A stretch of 63,980 nucleotides of DNA, the filler included, from Octopus bimaculoides (lineage: Eukaryota), in assembly GCF_001194135.2 (NCBI RefSeq). It is 7 parts of 7 records of this genome, joined end to end, with 100 filler letters (N's around TTAATTAATTAA, not from the genome) between each part and the next. Parts side by side here need not be neighbours in the genome. Positions count along the whole stretch, not along the records: positions 62,966 to 63,980 come from NW_026433367.1; 6 more parts are not named here. One strand, written 5' to 3'. Positions within the stretch are counted from its first letter, which is position 1. Each line of letters starts with the position of its first letter. The notes below the pieces were generated by a model. That model had not been told where the DNA came from, did not search any database, and worked only from the letters and a program-made list of their open reading frames with translations. Of the stretch, positions 63,203-63,980 are shown piece by piece. The position numbers and the translations under genes are program-made.

Positions 63203-63980
63203 TGAGAGTGCATGTATGTATATCATGGATAGGCTCGAAAATGGTGCATCCTTGACAGAAACACATTTGATTTTTGAAATCTGCATTCCAAGAAGATTTA
63301 TGCTTATTATTGATCAAAATATATAATTTGCTATGAGAAATAACTCAACTTTTAGATCACCAAATCTACCATTCTCAGTCTACCTACCTGGCTTTCTCTA
63401 TCTTTTATACCTTCCCCTTCTCTATATATTTGCCATACTCTTTATCACTCTTTCTCTCTCTCTATCTGAAGACGCATGTACAACTTACCTTATATATGCA
63501 TAGACATTTCCCTGTACATGTATGGAACATTTATATAAAAAATTCTTACTAAGGCATCATCCATCAAGTGGACGCAGAGTTCACTTGCTTGATTGGTTGG
63601 ATTAGTGTTGTTGTTTACTGTCATTCTAAGATGTGTGTAGTAATCTTTATTATTAGATCTTGGATTAATACTATTATTTAGATTGTTAATTACATATTAC
63701 ATGATAGACTGTTTATTTTTGTATAGTTGAATCTTACTATGTACTGGACAATATTTGTTGTTGAGCATGCTAGCTTCACAGAGTGTCTGTTAAACCTCTT
63801 CCAGTACAGGCTAACACAAGTCATATGTACATACACATTCACATACAGGCAAAGTGAGAATTATATAGTGAATGTATAGTAACCCTAACCCTAAGTGAAT
63901 AAGGTTACATTGATTATCATTTAATTTATACAAAACTAGCAGAAATACCCGGCGTTGCCCGGGTTAAAGAGAATAATGAA

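Noticed and set aside
63881-63894. Two telomere-type CCCTAA units
   Set aside because: Too short to be an interstitial telomeric array.

Overview
AT-rich, microsatellite-dense eukaryotic DNA from a gapped draft assembly. The SINE families, tandem single-exon C2H2 genes and repeat landscape point to an octopus (inference, probably Octopus bimaculoides or a relative). There are no prokaryotic features. Six artificial 100-bp spacers (44 N + TTAATTAATTAA + 44 N) join contigs, so adjacency across them is unproven. (1) 0.7-18.7 kb: five same-strand, single-coding-exon class A GPCR paralogues, three intact, one with a single in-frame stop, and one decayed. They are unusually compact, lack the TM3 cysteine and have a very short ECL2. 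They share a non-coding cassette: a 33-bp upstream element and TATAAT/Inr-like spacing in most copies, and a GTAAG splice donor 31-32 nt after the stop codon in all five. (2) 19-36.7 kb: three effector-less C2H2 zinc-finger genes (15, 6 and 20 intact fingers) with a ~95% conserved uORF-rich leader, decayed finger tails and a duplicated NRF1/ETS-like promoter plus exon-1 module. (3) 36.8-64 kb: no recognisable host genes, only transposon relics (SINEs, CR1, Tx1/L1, mariner, hAT MITEs, Helentron-like and Penelope-like ends). The best signals missed by the ORF track are two apparently intact minimal type-I hammerhead ribozymes (6868-6913 and 46660-46720, minus strand) plus degenerate relatives, all in Penelope-like ends, and the conserved post-stop splice donor of the GPCR array.
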